Shown: in pieces, positions 36,197 to 44,650 of the stretch
Position numbering within the stretch: the stretch's first letter is position 1
How the letters are laid out: each line of letters starts with the position of its first letter
Origin: Betaproteobacteria bacterium
GTDB taxonomy: Bacteria; Pseudomonadota; Gammaproteobacteria; Burkholderiales; SG8-41
Assembly (NCBI GenBank): GCA_028292435.1
Contig: JAQGMI010000111.1
Location: 5,489-69,488 of the forward strand
DNA: 64,000 nt
Direction: 5' to 3'
Translations under genes and position numbers: made by a program
Notes under the pieces: generated by a model
What the model saw: only the letters and a program-made list of their open reading frames with translations
Databases searched by the model: none
Told to the model about the DNA's origin: nothing

Positions 36197-37867
36197 ATGA
36201 AAAAACTGCTGCTTGCCTGGTTATGCACATGGTGCGCGCTTGCAATGGCGCAGACCGCCGACGACCTGCTCGACAAAAAGAAAAATACCGAGAACGTCAC
36301 CACCCAGGGCATGGGTTACGACCTCAAGAATTACAGCCCGCTCAAGCAAATCAACAAGTCGAACGTGAAGCGCCTCGTGCCGGTCTGGAGCATGAGCCTT
36401 ATGAACGACTACGGCGAAACCGCGCAGCCGACGATTTACAACGGCGTGATGTACGTGATCAACGCCAAGTGGACTTTCGCGATCGACATCGCGACCGGCC
36501 AGCAGCTCTGGCGCACCGAAGCCGAGTGGGCGCCCGAAGCGGCGGCCCAGGCATGCTGCGGCGTGATCAGCCGCGGCACCGCCACGATTTATAACGGCAA
36601 GCTATATCGCATCATGCTCGACAATCACGTGCTCGCGCTCGACATGAAAACCGGCAAGCAGGTCTGGAAGCAGAAGTTCGCCGAGTACAAGGATGGCTAT
36701 ACCGCGACGAGCGCGCCGCTGATTGCGAATGGCGTGCTGATCACCGGCATGGCGGGCGGCGAGTTCACGACGCGCGGCTTCCTCAACGGCTGGGACCCGG
36801 AAACGGGCAAGCACCTGTGGCGGCGTTATACGATTCCGGCGCCGGGCGAGCCTGGCGCGGAAACGTGGCCGAAGGACAGCGATGCATACAAATACGGCGG
36901 CGCGCCGACGTGGCGCGGCGGCGCGTACGATCCCGATCTCGATCTCGTGTATTGGGGCACGGGCAACGCCGAGCCGTGGAATCCCGCTAACCGCTCGGGA
37001 CTCGACAGCCTTTATGCGAGCAGCGTCATTGCCATCCGTCCGAAAACCGGCGAGATCGTCTGGCATTATCAGTACACGCCGAACGATGTGTACGACGTCG
37101 ATGCGACCGACGAGCCGGTGCTCGCCGACATCATGTTCGAAGGCAAGCCGCGCAAAGTCATGTTCCAGGTCAACAAGAACGGCTTCATGTACACGCTCGA
37201 CCGCACCAACGGCAAGCTGCTCGCGGCCCACCCGTTTACGAAGGTGAACTGGGCAACGCACATCGACTTGAAAACCGGCCGCCCAGTGCTGACCGATCTG
37301 CATGACCGGCTCGTGAACAAAGGCGAGGAAGTCACGATCTATCCGCAGCGCGGCGTCAACGCTTCACCCGTGGCATTCAATCCCGAAACCGGTCTCATCT
37401 ATACAAGCAGCTGGCAGATCGGCCGCATCGTCAAAATCGCGCCGGTGCCGACCAACCAGCGCATCGGCGGTCGCTCGACGGGCGTGACCACGCGAGAGTA
37501 CGTGGTCCAGCCGAACGAAGTCGTCGGCCATCACATTGCAATGGATCCAATTTCCGGCAAAAAGAAATGGGAAATCCCGCTCGTCGAACGCGCGACGTCA
37601 GCCGGCATGCTCGCGACCGGCGGCGGCTTGCTGTTCACCGGCGAAGTCAACGGCAAATTTATGGCGCTCGACGAAGCGACCGGCCAGACGCTGTGGCAGT
37701 TTCAGACCAGCTCGTCGATCAATGCGACGGCGATCACGTATACGTACAAGGGCCGCCAATACGTAAGCATCGCCTCGGGACTCGCCGGCAATTCTGCCCG
37801 CCGCATGGCCAAAGGCACGGTGCCGACCGGCGGCTCGATGTGGACGTTCGCGCTGATGCAGGATTGA
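36197..37867 (+). CDS. periplasmic PQQ-dependent dehydrogenase, methanol/ethanol family
   Basis: A Shine-Dalgarno sequence (GGAGGAG) precedes the ATG at 36197. Signal peptide MKKLLLAWLCTWCALAMA. A vicinal Cys-Cys (QACCGV, 36554..36559) is present, with the metal/PQQ motifs GGEFTTRG, WGTGNAEPWNP and PNDVYDVDATDE. Confidence 0.85.
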   Translation: MKKLLLAWLCTWCALAMAQTADDLLDKKKNTENVTTQGMGYDLKNYSPLKQINKSNVKRLVPVWSMSLMNDYGETAQPTIYNGVMYVINAKWTFAIDIATGQQLWRTEAEWAPEAAAQACCGVISRGTATIYNGKLYRIMLDNHVLALDMKTGKQVWKQKFAEYKDGYTATSAPLIANGVLITGMAGGEFTTRGFLNGWDPETGKHLWRRYTIPAPGEPGAETWPKDSDAYKYGGAPTWRGGAYDPDLDLVYWGTGNAEPWNPANRSGLDSLYASSVIAIRPKTGEIVWHYQYTPNDVYDVDATDEPVLADIMFEGKPRKVMFQVNKNGFMYTLDRTNGKLLAAHPFTKVNWATHIDLKTGRPVLTDLHDRLVNKGEEVTIYPQRGVNASPVAFNPETGLIYTSSWQIGRIVKIAPVPTNQRIGGRSTGVTTREYVVQPNEVVGHHIAMDPISGKKKWEIPLVERATSAGMLATGGGLLFTGEVNGKFMALDEATGQTLWQFQTSSSINATAITYTYKGRQYVSIASGLAGNSARRMAKGTVPTGGSMWTFALMQD

Positions 37868-37875
37868 GCGACAGC

Positions 37876-38196
37876 ATGCTGAAAGCAATCCTATGGCTCG
37901 GCGCGGCCGGCCTTCTCACGCCGCTCGCGGCGTGGAGCGATGCGCCGGACACGTTTCCGCCGGACCAGATCAAGCGCGGCGCGGCAACATTCGCCGAGTA
38001 CTGCACGCCCTGCCATGGCGAGCGCATGAGCAATCCCGAACTTTTCAACCTCAAAAAGTTTCCACCCGACCAGCGCGCACGATTTATCAACTCGGTGAGC
38101 AACGGCAAGAACGCGATGCCGCCGTGGCGCGGGCAGTTGAAGCCCGACGACATCGAAGCGCTGTGGTCCTATGTTTCAACCGGCGAGAAAGACTGA
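37876..38196 (+). CDS. periplasmic mono-haem c-type cytochrome
   Basis: 106 aa with signal peptide MLKAILWLGAAGLLTPLAAWS, haem motif CTPCH (38002..38016) and a distal NAMPPW Met. It starts 9 nt after the PQQ gene's stop. Confidence 0.8.
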   Translation: MLKAILWLGAAGLLTPLAAWSDAPDTFPPDQIKRGAATFAEYCTPCHGERMSNPELFNLKKFPPDQRARFINSVSNGKNAMPPWRGQLKPDDIEALWSYVSTGEKD

Positions 38197-39056
38197 TGAA
38201 AACCATCCTGGCACCCGATCCCAATCCGATCAAACCCAAATACGTATTGCCGCCCGGCGCGTGCGACGCGCACTGCCATGTATTTGGCCCCGGCGCGCGC
38301 TTTCCTTACGCCGCCAATCGCAGCTACACCCCGCCCGACGCGCCGAAGGAGCAACTCGCGGCATTGCATAAGCATCTCGGCTTCTCGCGCGCGGTACTGG
38401 TGCAGGCGAGCTGTCACGGCACCGACAACGCCGCGGTGGTCGACGCGCTCGAATGGTCGAAGGGCGCATGGCGCGGCGTCTGCATGGTGGACAACAGTGT
38501 GACCGACGCGGAACTCGCGGCGCTGCATAAAGCCGGCATGCGCGGTGCGCGCTTCAATTTCGTCGCCCATCTCGGCGGCGCGCCGGACCTCAAGGTCATC
38601 GAGGCGGTGGTCAAGCGCATCAAACCGCTCGGCTGGCATCTGCAAGTGCATCTCGACGCACAGGACATCCTTGCTTATCGCGATTTCCTGCTTGGCCTCG
38701 ACATCCCGTTCATCATCGATCACATGGGTCGCGTCGTCGCGAAAAATGGTTTGGAACAGGAGCCGTTCAAGCTGATGCTCGATCTCCTGAAAGACTCGCG
38801 CGTGTGGACCAAAGTCAGCGGCTTCGAGCGCGTGTCATCGACCGGCAAGCCCTTCCACGATGCCATGCCGTATGCGCGTGCGCTCGTGACCGCAGCGCCC
38901 GATCGCGTATTGTGGGGAACCGACTACCCGCACCCGAACGTGAAAGTAATGCCGAACGACGGCGAACAGGTCGACCTTTTTGCGCAGACCATCACCGATG
39001 AAGCGGCACGGCGGAAAATTCTGGTCGACAATCCGACTCGGCTTTACTGGGCTTAG
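38196..39056 (+). CDS. cytoplasmic amidohydrolase-2 family protein, LigI/2-pyrone-4,6-dicarboxylate-lactonase-like (COG3618 type)
   Basis: The ATG overlaps the cytochrome stop (TGATG). There is no signal peptide. N-terminal metal motif CDAHCHVFGP, with later FIIDHMG and VLWGTDYPHP. Confidence 0.75.
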   Translation: MKTILAPDPNPIKPKYVLPPGACDAHCHVFGPGARFPYAANRSYTPPDAPKEQLAALHKHLGFSRAVLVQASCHGTDNAAVVDALEWSKGAWRGVCMVDNSVTDAELAALHKAGMRGARFNFVAHLGGAPDLKVIEAVVKRIKPLGWHLQVHLDAQDILAYRDFLLGLDIPFIIDHMGRVVAKNGLEQEPFKLMLDLLKDSRVWTKVSGFERVSSTGKPFHDAMPYARALVTAAPDRVLWGTDYPHPNVKVMPNDGEQVDLFAQTITDEAARRKILVDNPTRLYWA

Positions 39057-39067
39057 ATCAAAGGCTT

Positions 39068-39207
39068 CACCGCCAAGGACGCAAAGGAAGGCTGAAAAGC
39101 AATCCCTCAGATGAGCGCCGCATCTTACTCGCTGATCTTCTTATCCCGAGTTTTTGTCCTTGCTGTTGATTTTCCTTTGCGCCCTTTGCGTCCTTGGCGG
39201 TTCACGC
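39068..39207. repeat. intergenic palindromic element, same family as 35023..35154, copy B
   Basis: The left arm CACCGCCAAGGACGCAAAGGAAGG (39068..39091) faces the right arm TTTTCCTTTGCGCCCTTTGCGTCCTTGGCGGTTCACGC (39170..39207). The reverse complement of the right arm closely matches that of copy A. Confidence 0.7.
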
Positions 39208-39266
39208 TTTAAGGAAGTTGGACCTGCGCGTCGACTGTCAACTCGTTCCTGCTTCGCGCGTCGAAA

Positions 39267-40226
39267 TTATTCCGGCTGGATGCCGATTTCCTTGAAAATC
39301 TTCGACCAGTTCGCCATGTCTTCGACGACCAGCTTCGTGTATTGCTCCGGCGTGCTGCCGACCGGCTCGAAGCCGAGGTCGACGAGCTTCGCGCGAATAT
39401 CAGGCAGTTGCAGCACGCGCAAAAATTCAGCGTTCAACCTGTCGATGATGAGGCGCGGCGTTTTGGGCGGCGCGAGTATGCCGTAAGCGCCTTCGAGCGC
39501 ATAACCAGGCAGGGTTTCCGCAATGGTCGGCACATCCGGCAGGCTCGTGACGCGCTTCGTGCTCGTCACGCCGAGCGCGCGCAGTCGTCCGCTGCGGATG
39601 TGCGGAATTGCGGGGCCCGGCGCCGTAAAGAGCATTTGCACCTGGCCGCCCACGATGGCGGTCGTGGAATCGCCTGCGCCCTTATACGGCACCAGCGTGA
39701 GATCGATGCCCGCCATCCGCTTGAACAAAATCACCGACAGGTAACCGCTGGTGCCGATGCCGGATGTCGCGCAGTTCAATCCACCCGGTTTGGCTTTCGC
39801 CATCGCGATGAGTTCGGGAATGTTTTTGGCCGCCACGCCCGAATGCACCACGAGCACCGTCGGCGCATTGGCGAGATGAGTGACGCGCGAAAAATCCTTG
39901 AGCGTGTCGTACGGCAGCTTCTTGTACAGCAGCGAATTGTAGGAATACCCCGGAGCGACCGTGAGGATGGTGTAGCCATCGGGCGCCGCTTTGGCGGTAA
40001 TTTCCGAGCCGATGATTCCGCCAGCACCGGAGCGGTTGTCGATCACGACCTGCTGGCCCCAGTGTTCCGACATTTTCTGCGCGAACATGCGCGCCAGCAC
40101 GTCGCTGCCGCCACCGGCCGACGAGGGCACGACGAAACGGATCGGCTTGTCCGGATAGGCATCAGCGAATGCCGACGATGTGCCAAACGCAATTGCGAGT
40201 GTGCAAAAAAAATGAATGCGCTTCAT
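39267..40226 (-). CDS. Bug family (TctC-like) substrate-binding protein
   Basis: Internal ATG MKRIHFFCTLAIAFGTSSAFA followed by AYPDKPIRFVVPSSAGGGSD. C-terminus VVEDMANWSKIFKEIGIQPE. Confidence 0.9.
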   Translation of the reverse strand: MKRIHFFCTLAIAFGTSSAFADAYPDKPIRFVVPSSAGGGSDVLARMFAQKMSEHWGQQVVIDNRSGAGGIIGSEITAKAAPDGYTILTVAPGYSYNSLLYKKLPYDTLKDFSRVTHLANAPTVLVVHSGVAAKNIPELIAMAKAKPGGLNCATSGIGTSGYLSVILFKRMAGIDLTLVPYKGAGDSTTAIVGGQVQMLFTAPGPAIPHIRSGRLRALGVTSTKRVTSLPDVPTIAETLPGYALEGAYGILAPPKTPRLIIDRLNAEFLRVLQLPDIRAKLVDLGFEPVGSTPEQYTKLVVEDMANWSKIFKEIGIQPE

Positions 40227-40242
40227 AGGAGCCCGGTAAAGT

Positions 40243-41037
40243 TTAGGAATCGGTACCGAGAAACTCGAGCACCGTCTGGTTGAATTCGGCCGGCCGCGTC
40301 TTCGACAGCGAATGGCCGCCGCCCTTATAGACGACGAGCGTGGAGCCGGGAATCGCGCGCGCAATAGCTTCGGCGTGATAGCTCGGCGTGATGTAGTCGT
40401 TGTCGCCGGCTACGATCAGCGTCGGCGCCTTGATGCTGGCGAGCCCCGCCCGGCGATCGAATCCGAGCAGCGCATCGATGCGGCCGATCGACGCTTCGAC
40501 CGGCGCCGATTTGGTCGGCGCGCGCTTTTGTTCCTCGGCGATTTCGGCGTCGTGCTCGTTCACGTAATCGGGCGGGTACAAAAAAAGCGGATGGAACATT
40601 GCGTGCAGTTCGGGGCCGGCTGTCTCATACATGCGGCGGCGTGCCTCGAACAGGCGGCGGAACCACGGATCGCAATGCGTCCACGTGCTGACGAGCACCA
40701 ATCGCGCGACGCGCTGCGGATGTTCGATGGCGAGCGTCTGTCCGATTGCGCCGCCGGTCGACAGCCCGACGATATGCGCGCGCTCGATTTTCAATGCGTC
40801 CATGAGCGCGACGAGTTCACGCGTCATCTGGTCGAGCGAAAATTCGCGCTGCTGGTGATCGCTCGTCCCGGTGCCGCGCTGGTCGTACGTGATCACCTGG
40901 AAACGCGCCGAGAAAGCGGCGAGTTGCGGCTGCCAGTAACGCGCGACGCCGTTGAGTCCGCTGACGAGAATCAGCGGATGACCTTCGCCGGCAACCTCAT
41001 AGTGAATTTCGCCGTCGGCAATTGCGATCTGCGGCAT
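40243..41037 (-). CDS. alpha/beta fold hydrolase (RutD / 3-oxoadipate enol-lactonase-like)
   Basis: LILVSGLNGVARYWQPQLAAF..FQVITYDQRGTGTS, nucleophile elbow GLSTGG, and PLFLYPPDY. It resembles E. coli RutD as recalled. Confidence 0.85.
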   Translation of the reverse strand: MPQIAIADGEIHYEVAGEGHPLILVSGLNGVARYWQPQLAAFSARFQVITYDQRGTGTSDHQQREFSLDQMTRELVALMDALKIERAHIVGLSTGGAIGQTLAIEHPQRVARLVLVSTWTHCDPWFRRLFEARRRMYETAGPELHAMFHPLFLYPPDYVNEHDAEIAEEQKRAPTKSAPVEASIGRIDALLGFDRRAGLASIKAPTLIVAGDNDYITPSYHAEAIARAIPGSTLVVYKGGGHSLSKTRPAEFNQTVLEFLGTDS

Positions 41038-41057
41038 GCTTGCTCCTCGAGAATGCG

Positions 41058-42041
41058 TTATTTTGCCGAGTCGACGGTGATGCCGGCGTCCTTGATCACC
41101 TTGCGCCAGCGCGCGAGCTCTTTTGCGATCATGTCGTGCAAGCCCTCCGGCGTGCTCGTCACCGGCTCCACGCCCTGCAGGATCAACCGTTGACCGAACT
41201 CCGGGTCAGCGAGCACCTTGTTCATCACCGCATTGATACGATTGACGATTGCGGGCGGCGTGCCGACCGGCGCAAGCACCCCGTACCACGACGTGTTGTT
41301 AAATCCGGGCAGCGTATCGGCGACCGGCGGCACGTCGGGCAACGACTTGATGCGAGTCGGATGGCCGATCGCTATCAGCTTCACGCGTCCCGCTTTGACG
41401 TGCGGCAGAATCTGCGGCACGCCGGAGAACGTCATCTGCACCTGCCCGCTGATCAAATCGACAAGCGCCGGACCGCCGCCCTTGTACGGCACGTGCACGA
41501 TGTTGATTTTGGCGAGCGCTTTCAATAGCTCGCCGCCAAGATGATTCGGCGTGCCGGTGCCGGGCGACGAGAAATTAATCTTGCCTGGGTTCGCACGCGC
41601 GTAGTCGATAAACTCCTGCGTCGTGTTCGCCGGCACTGCACTGTGCAGCGTCAATGCGAACGGCGCATAAACCGTGAGCCCGATCGGCGAGAAATCCTTG
41701 AGCGGGTCGTAATTGAGCGGCGTGCCAAGCGCCGGGCTGACCACCAGCCCCGCCGACGTGCCGAGCAACAAGGTGTAGCCATCGGGCGCCGCTTTCGCGC
41801 CGAGGCCATGCCCGAGCGTCGAGCCGGCGCCGCCGCGATTGTCGAGCACGACCTGCTGTCCCCACGCTTCCGTCATCTTCGCCGCGAGTTCACGCCCCGT
41901 GAAATCGACCGACCCGCCCGGCGGGTAAGGCACGATCAGGCGCACCGGCTTGTTCGGATACGACTGTGCGACAGCCGCGGCCGTAGCCAGTGCGCCAGCC
42001 AGGATCAACAGCTTTAAGGAACCACCGATGGAATTTGGCAT
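41058..42041 (-). CDS. Bug family (TctC-like) substrate-binding protein
   Basis: Signal peptide followed by SYPNKPVRLIVPYPPGGSVD. C-terminus IAKELARWRKVIKDAGITVD. The first ATG is at 42041. The ORF's GTG at 42074 would overlap the upstream gene by 14 nt. Confidence 0.85.
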   Translation of the reverse strand: MPNSIGGSLKLLILAGALATAAAVAQSYPNKPVRLIVPYPPGGSVDFTGRELAAKMTEAWGQQVVLDNRGGAGSTLGHGLGAKAAPDGYTLLLGTSAGLVVSPALGTPLNYDPLKDFSPIGLTVYAPFALTLHSAVPANTTQEFIDYARANPGKINFSSPGTGTPNHLGGELLKALAKINIVHVPYKGGGPALVDLISGQVQMTFSGVPQILPHVKAGRVKLIAIGHPTRIKSLPDVPPVADTLPGFNNTSWYGVLAPVGTPPAIVNRINAVMNKVLADPEFGQRLILQGVEPVTSTPEGLHDMIAKELARWRKVIKDAGITVDSAK

Positions 42042-42060
42042 GAGTGTCTGCACGAACGTC

Positions 42061-43215
42061 TTAAAGCCGTCCACCGAGCCGCTGCGCGAGCCAGTCGGCG
42101 ACGAGATTCGAGCCGACCTGCCGGTTGTCTTCCTGGCAGTGATCGCTGCCGCCGTCGTGCGTCGTCAACACTTTGAGCGTCTTGTCCGCGGAACCGCAGG
42201 CATCGTACAGCTTCTGCGCGAATTCGAGCGGCACGATGTTGTCGTTCTCGCCGTGGATGCAATAGAACGGGCAGCGCATTTTTTCCGCGACGCCGGTAAG
42301 CCGGTAGTTCTCGAGTTTTTTCATGCATGCATCCATGTCGGGCATGCCCAGCACCCACGGCAACTGAAACGACGGCGCCGACAATTTGGTGCCGCCGGTT
42401 TCCATGATCTTGCGCCGGCGTACCCATGATTCGTGATAATCCCAGTGCCCGCCCCACGCCACGCACGCAGCGAAGCGCGGCTCCATCGCTGCGGCGCGCG
42501 GTGCATAGTAGCCGCCCATGCTGAAGCCCATCACGGCCATGCGTTTTGCGTCGACTTCCGGACGCTGCGCGAGATATTCATAGGCGGCAGTCGCCGGCAC
42601 TTCGTAATCGAAGCGGCTTGGTATGCCCTGCAGGCGCAATGCTTCGCCCTGGCCGGGCCCATCGATAGCGAGCGTATGAATGCCGCGGCGGCCAATCTCG
42701 ACGCCGCCGAACAGTACTGAAAGCTCTTTCGCATTGTCGAGTCCATCGAACATGACGACGGTTGGCGCAGGGCCTGTGACATCGGCCTTGAGGAACCACG
42801 CGGGCAGCGTCGTGTCTTCGTACGGCACTTCCACACGCTCGATGTTCGGATAGCGCACCGCGATGCCTTTTTTGAAACAACGCAGGCAGCTGCGATAGGT
42901 GTCCCATTTGCGCTCTGACGGTGCGATGAAGCGCTCGCCGCAGAAATAATAAGTGGATGCGCGCAGGTAATAGCTGCCGGCGGTCAGTTCGAAACCGTTT
43001 TCGGCCGCTTCATCACCAAACGTCTCGATGCGCCTCGCCATCGTCGTCCATTCCTGCCACCAGCGTTCATTGTCGCCGACATGCGATTTCAACTGCTGGC
43101 CGATCTGATCGATCTCGCCGAGCGCGGCGGCGCCCTGCACCGCCATCTCGATGCCGAACATCATGCCCTGCGACCACATATGATGGCCGGGAAAGTATTC
43201 AAACCAATGGCTCAT
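42061..43215 (-). CDS. alpha/beta hydrolase (dienelactone hydrolase / 2,6-dihydropseudooxynicotine hydrolase-like family)
   Basis: 384 aa with a helical N-terminal cap (WWQEWTTMARRIETFGDEAAENG...YYLRASTYYF) and nucleophile elbow GFSMGG. Confidence 0.75.
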   Translation of the reverse strand: MSHWFEYFPGHHMWSQGMMFGIEMAVQGAAALGEIDQIGQQLKSHVGDNERWWQEWTTMARRIETFGDEAAENGFELTAGSYYLRASTYYFCGERFIAPSERKWDTYRSCLRCFKKGIAVRYPNIERVEVPYEDTTLPAWFLKADVTGPAPTVVMFDGLDNAKELSVLFGGVEIGRRGIHTLAIDGPGQGEALRLQGIPSRFDYEVPATAAYEYLAQRPEVDAKRMAVMGFSMGGYYAPRAAAMEPRFAACVAWGGHWDYHESWVRRRKIMETGGTKLSAPSFQLPWVLGMPDMDACMKKLENYRLTGVAEKMRCPFYCIHGENDNIVPLEFAQKLYDACGSADKTLKVLTTHDGGSDHCQEDNRQVGSNLVADWLAQRLGGRL

Positions 43216-43315
43216 GCTTCGATTCCAGTTAATTCGGAATGCGAATTATACGTCTTGCCACTGCGGCGGCTCTGCGGTTAACCTCGTTTGCAAATCCAAC
43301 TTCTGGGGAGAACCA

Positions 43316-44608
43316 ATGAACGTGAATTCGATCCGCCGGCTGCCGCACGCCGTCCTTGTGATTGCCTGTGCAATCTTCGCGCCTCAGGTGAGCGCCGCGC
43401 CGCTCGAGCCGGTCATGTCGCTCGCGGCCAAAGAGAAAGCACCGCTGCTCGACACGTTGAAGGACCTGGTGTCGATCGAGTCGGGCAGCGGCGATCGAGA
43501 AGGACTCGACAAGATCAGCGAATTGATTGCAAATCGTCTGCGCCGCCTGGGCGGCACGGTCGAATTCATCGAGCCGATGCCTGGCGACATTTACAAAATG
43601 GTCGATACGCCGAAGCAGATCGGCCGCATGGTGCAGGCGCGCTTCACCGGGACCGGCACCAGGAAAATTTTGCTCATCGCGCATATGGACACCGTGTATT
43701 TGCGCGGCATGCTCGCCAGGCAGCCGTTTCGGGTCGACGGCAACCGCGCATACGGGCTGGGGATTGCCGACGACAAGCAGGGCATCGCGGTGATTTTGCA
43801 CACGCTCGCCGTATTGAAAGCAATGGACTTCCGCGACTACGCCTTGATCACCGTGCTGATCAATGCCGACGAGGAAGTCAGCTCGGCCGGTTCGCGCGCA
43901 ACGCTGACGAAACTCGGCGCCGAACACGATGCCGTGTTCTCGTGCGAAGGTTCGCGCGTGGACTCCGACCGCCTGTCGCTGACCACCGCCGGCATCGCCG
44001 CCGTCGTGCTCAACGTGCAAGGCAGAGCGTCGCACGCGGGCAGCGCGCCCGAAAACGGCCGCAACGCGTTGTACGAACTTTCGCATCAGATTTTGCAGAC
44101 GCGCGATCTTTCGGATCCCAAGACCGGACTTAAAATGAACTGGACGGTCGCCAGCGCGGGCACCAACCGCAACGTTATTCCGGCCATCGCATCCGCGACC
44201 GCCGATGTGCGTGTGCTGCGCGTCGCCGACTACGACGGCATCGAGGAAAAAGTCACCGAACGCATCAAGAAGCAGTTGATTCCGGACACGAAGGTGGCAA
44301 TGACGTTCGAGCGCCGCCGCCCGCCGCTCGAGATGACCCCTGCCAACGCCGCGCTCGCCAAGCACGCGCAGAAAATCTATTCGGAGGTCGGTCGCCAGCT
44401 CGTGATCGGCGACGTCGCCGAAGGCGGCGGCACGGATGCTGCGTTTGCCGCGCTAAAAACAAAAGCGCCCGTGATCGAGCGCTTCGGATTGCAGGGATTC
44501 GGCGCCCACTCCAACGATGCCGAGTACGTGTATATCGACTCGATCGAACCGCGTCTCTATCTGCTCTCGCGCATGATCATGGATGTGGCGCAGGGAAAAG
44601 ACAAATAA
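43316..44608 (+). CDS. secreted M20 family metallopeptidase, carboxypeptidase G2 (glutamate carboxypeptidase)-like
   Basis: The ATG at 43316 follows GGGGAG. After the signal peptide come the blocks LVSIESGSGD, LIAHMDTVY, GLGIADDKQG, TVLINADEEV and GGGTDAAFA. These match Pseudomonas CPG2 as recalled. Confidence 0.85.
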   Translation: MNVNSIRRLPHAVLVIACAIFAPQVSAAPLEPVMSLAAKEKAPLLDTLKDLVSIESGSGDREGLDKISELIANRLRRLGGTVEFIEPMPGDIYKMVDTPKQIGRMVQARFTGTGTRKILLIAHMDTVYLRGMLARQPFRVDGNRAYGLGIADDKQGIAVILHTLAVLKAMDFRDYALITVLINADEEVSSAGSRATLTKLGAEHDAVFSCEGSRVDSDRLSLTTAGIAAVVLNVQGRASHAGSAPENGRNALYELSHQILQTRDLSDPKTGLKMNWTVASAGTNRNVIPAIASATADVRVLRVADYDGIEEKVTERIKKQLIPDTKVAMTFERRRPPLEMTPANAALAKHAQKIYSEVGRQLVIGDVAEGGGTDAAFAALKTKAPVIERFGLQGFGAHSNDAEYVYIDSIEPRLYLLSRMIMDVAQGKDK

Positions 44609-44626
44609 CGATCCTGAAGCCTGAAC

Positions 44627-44650
44627 CGGCGCGAAAAGCGCCGTTTGTTT
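44627..44650. terminator. probable bidirectional terminator hairpin between convergent genes
   Basis: Stem CGGCGC, a GAAAA loop and stem GCGCCG, followed by TTTGTTT. The stem is short (6 bp). Confidence 0.5.

Noticed and set aside
36197-37867. Calling the PQQ enzyme XoxF methanol dehydrogenase
   Set aside because: It is shorter than typical XoxF and has a variant catalytic segment (YDVDA rather than WDYDG). No xoxJ or methylotrophy genes lie nearby. Only the family and the D-x-D feature are claimed.
43229-44365. 378-aa minus-strand ORF
   Set aside because: It is antisense to the CPG2-like peptidase gene. No motifs are present and the composition is Arg-rich.
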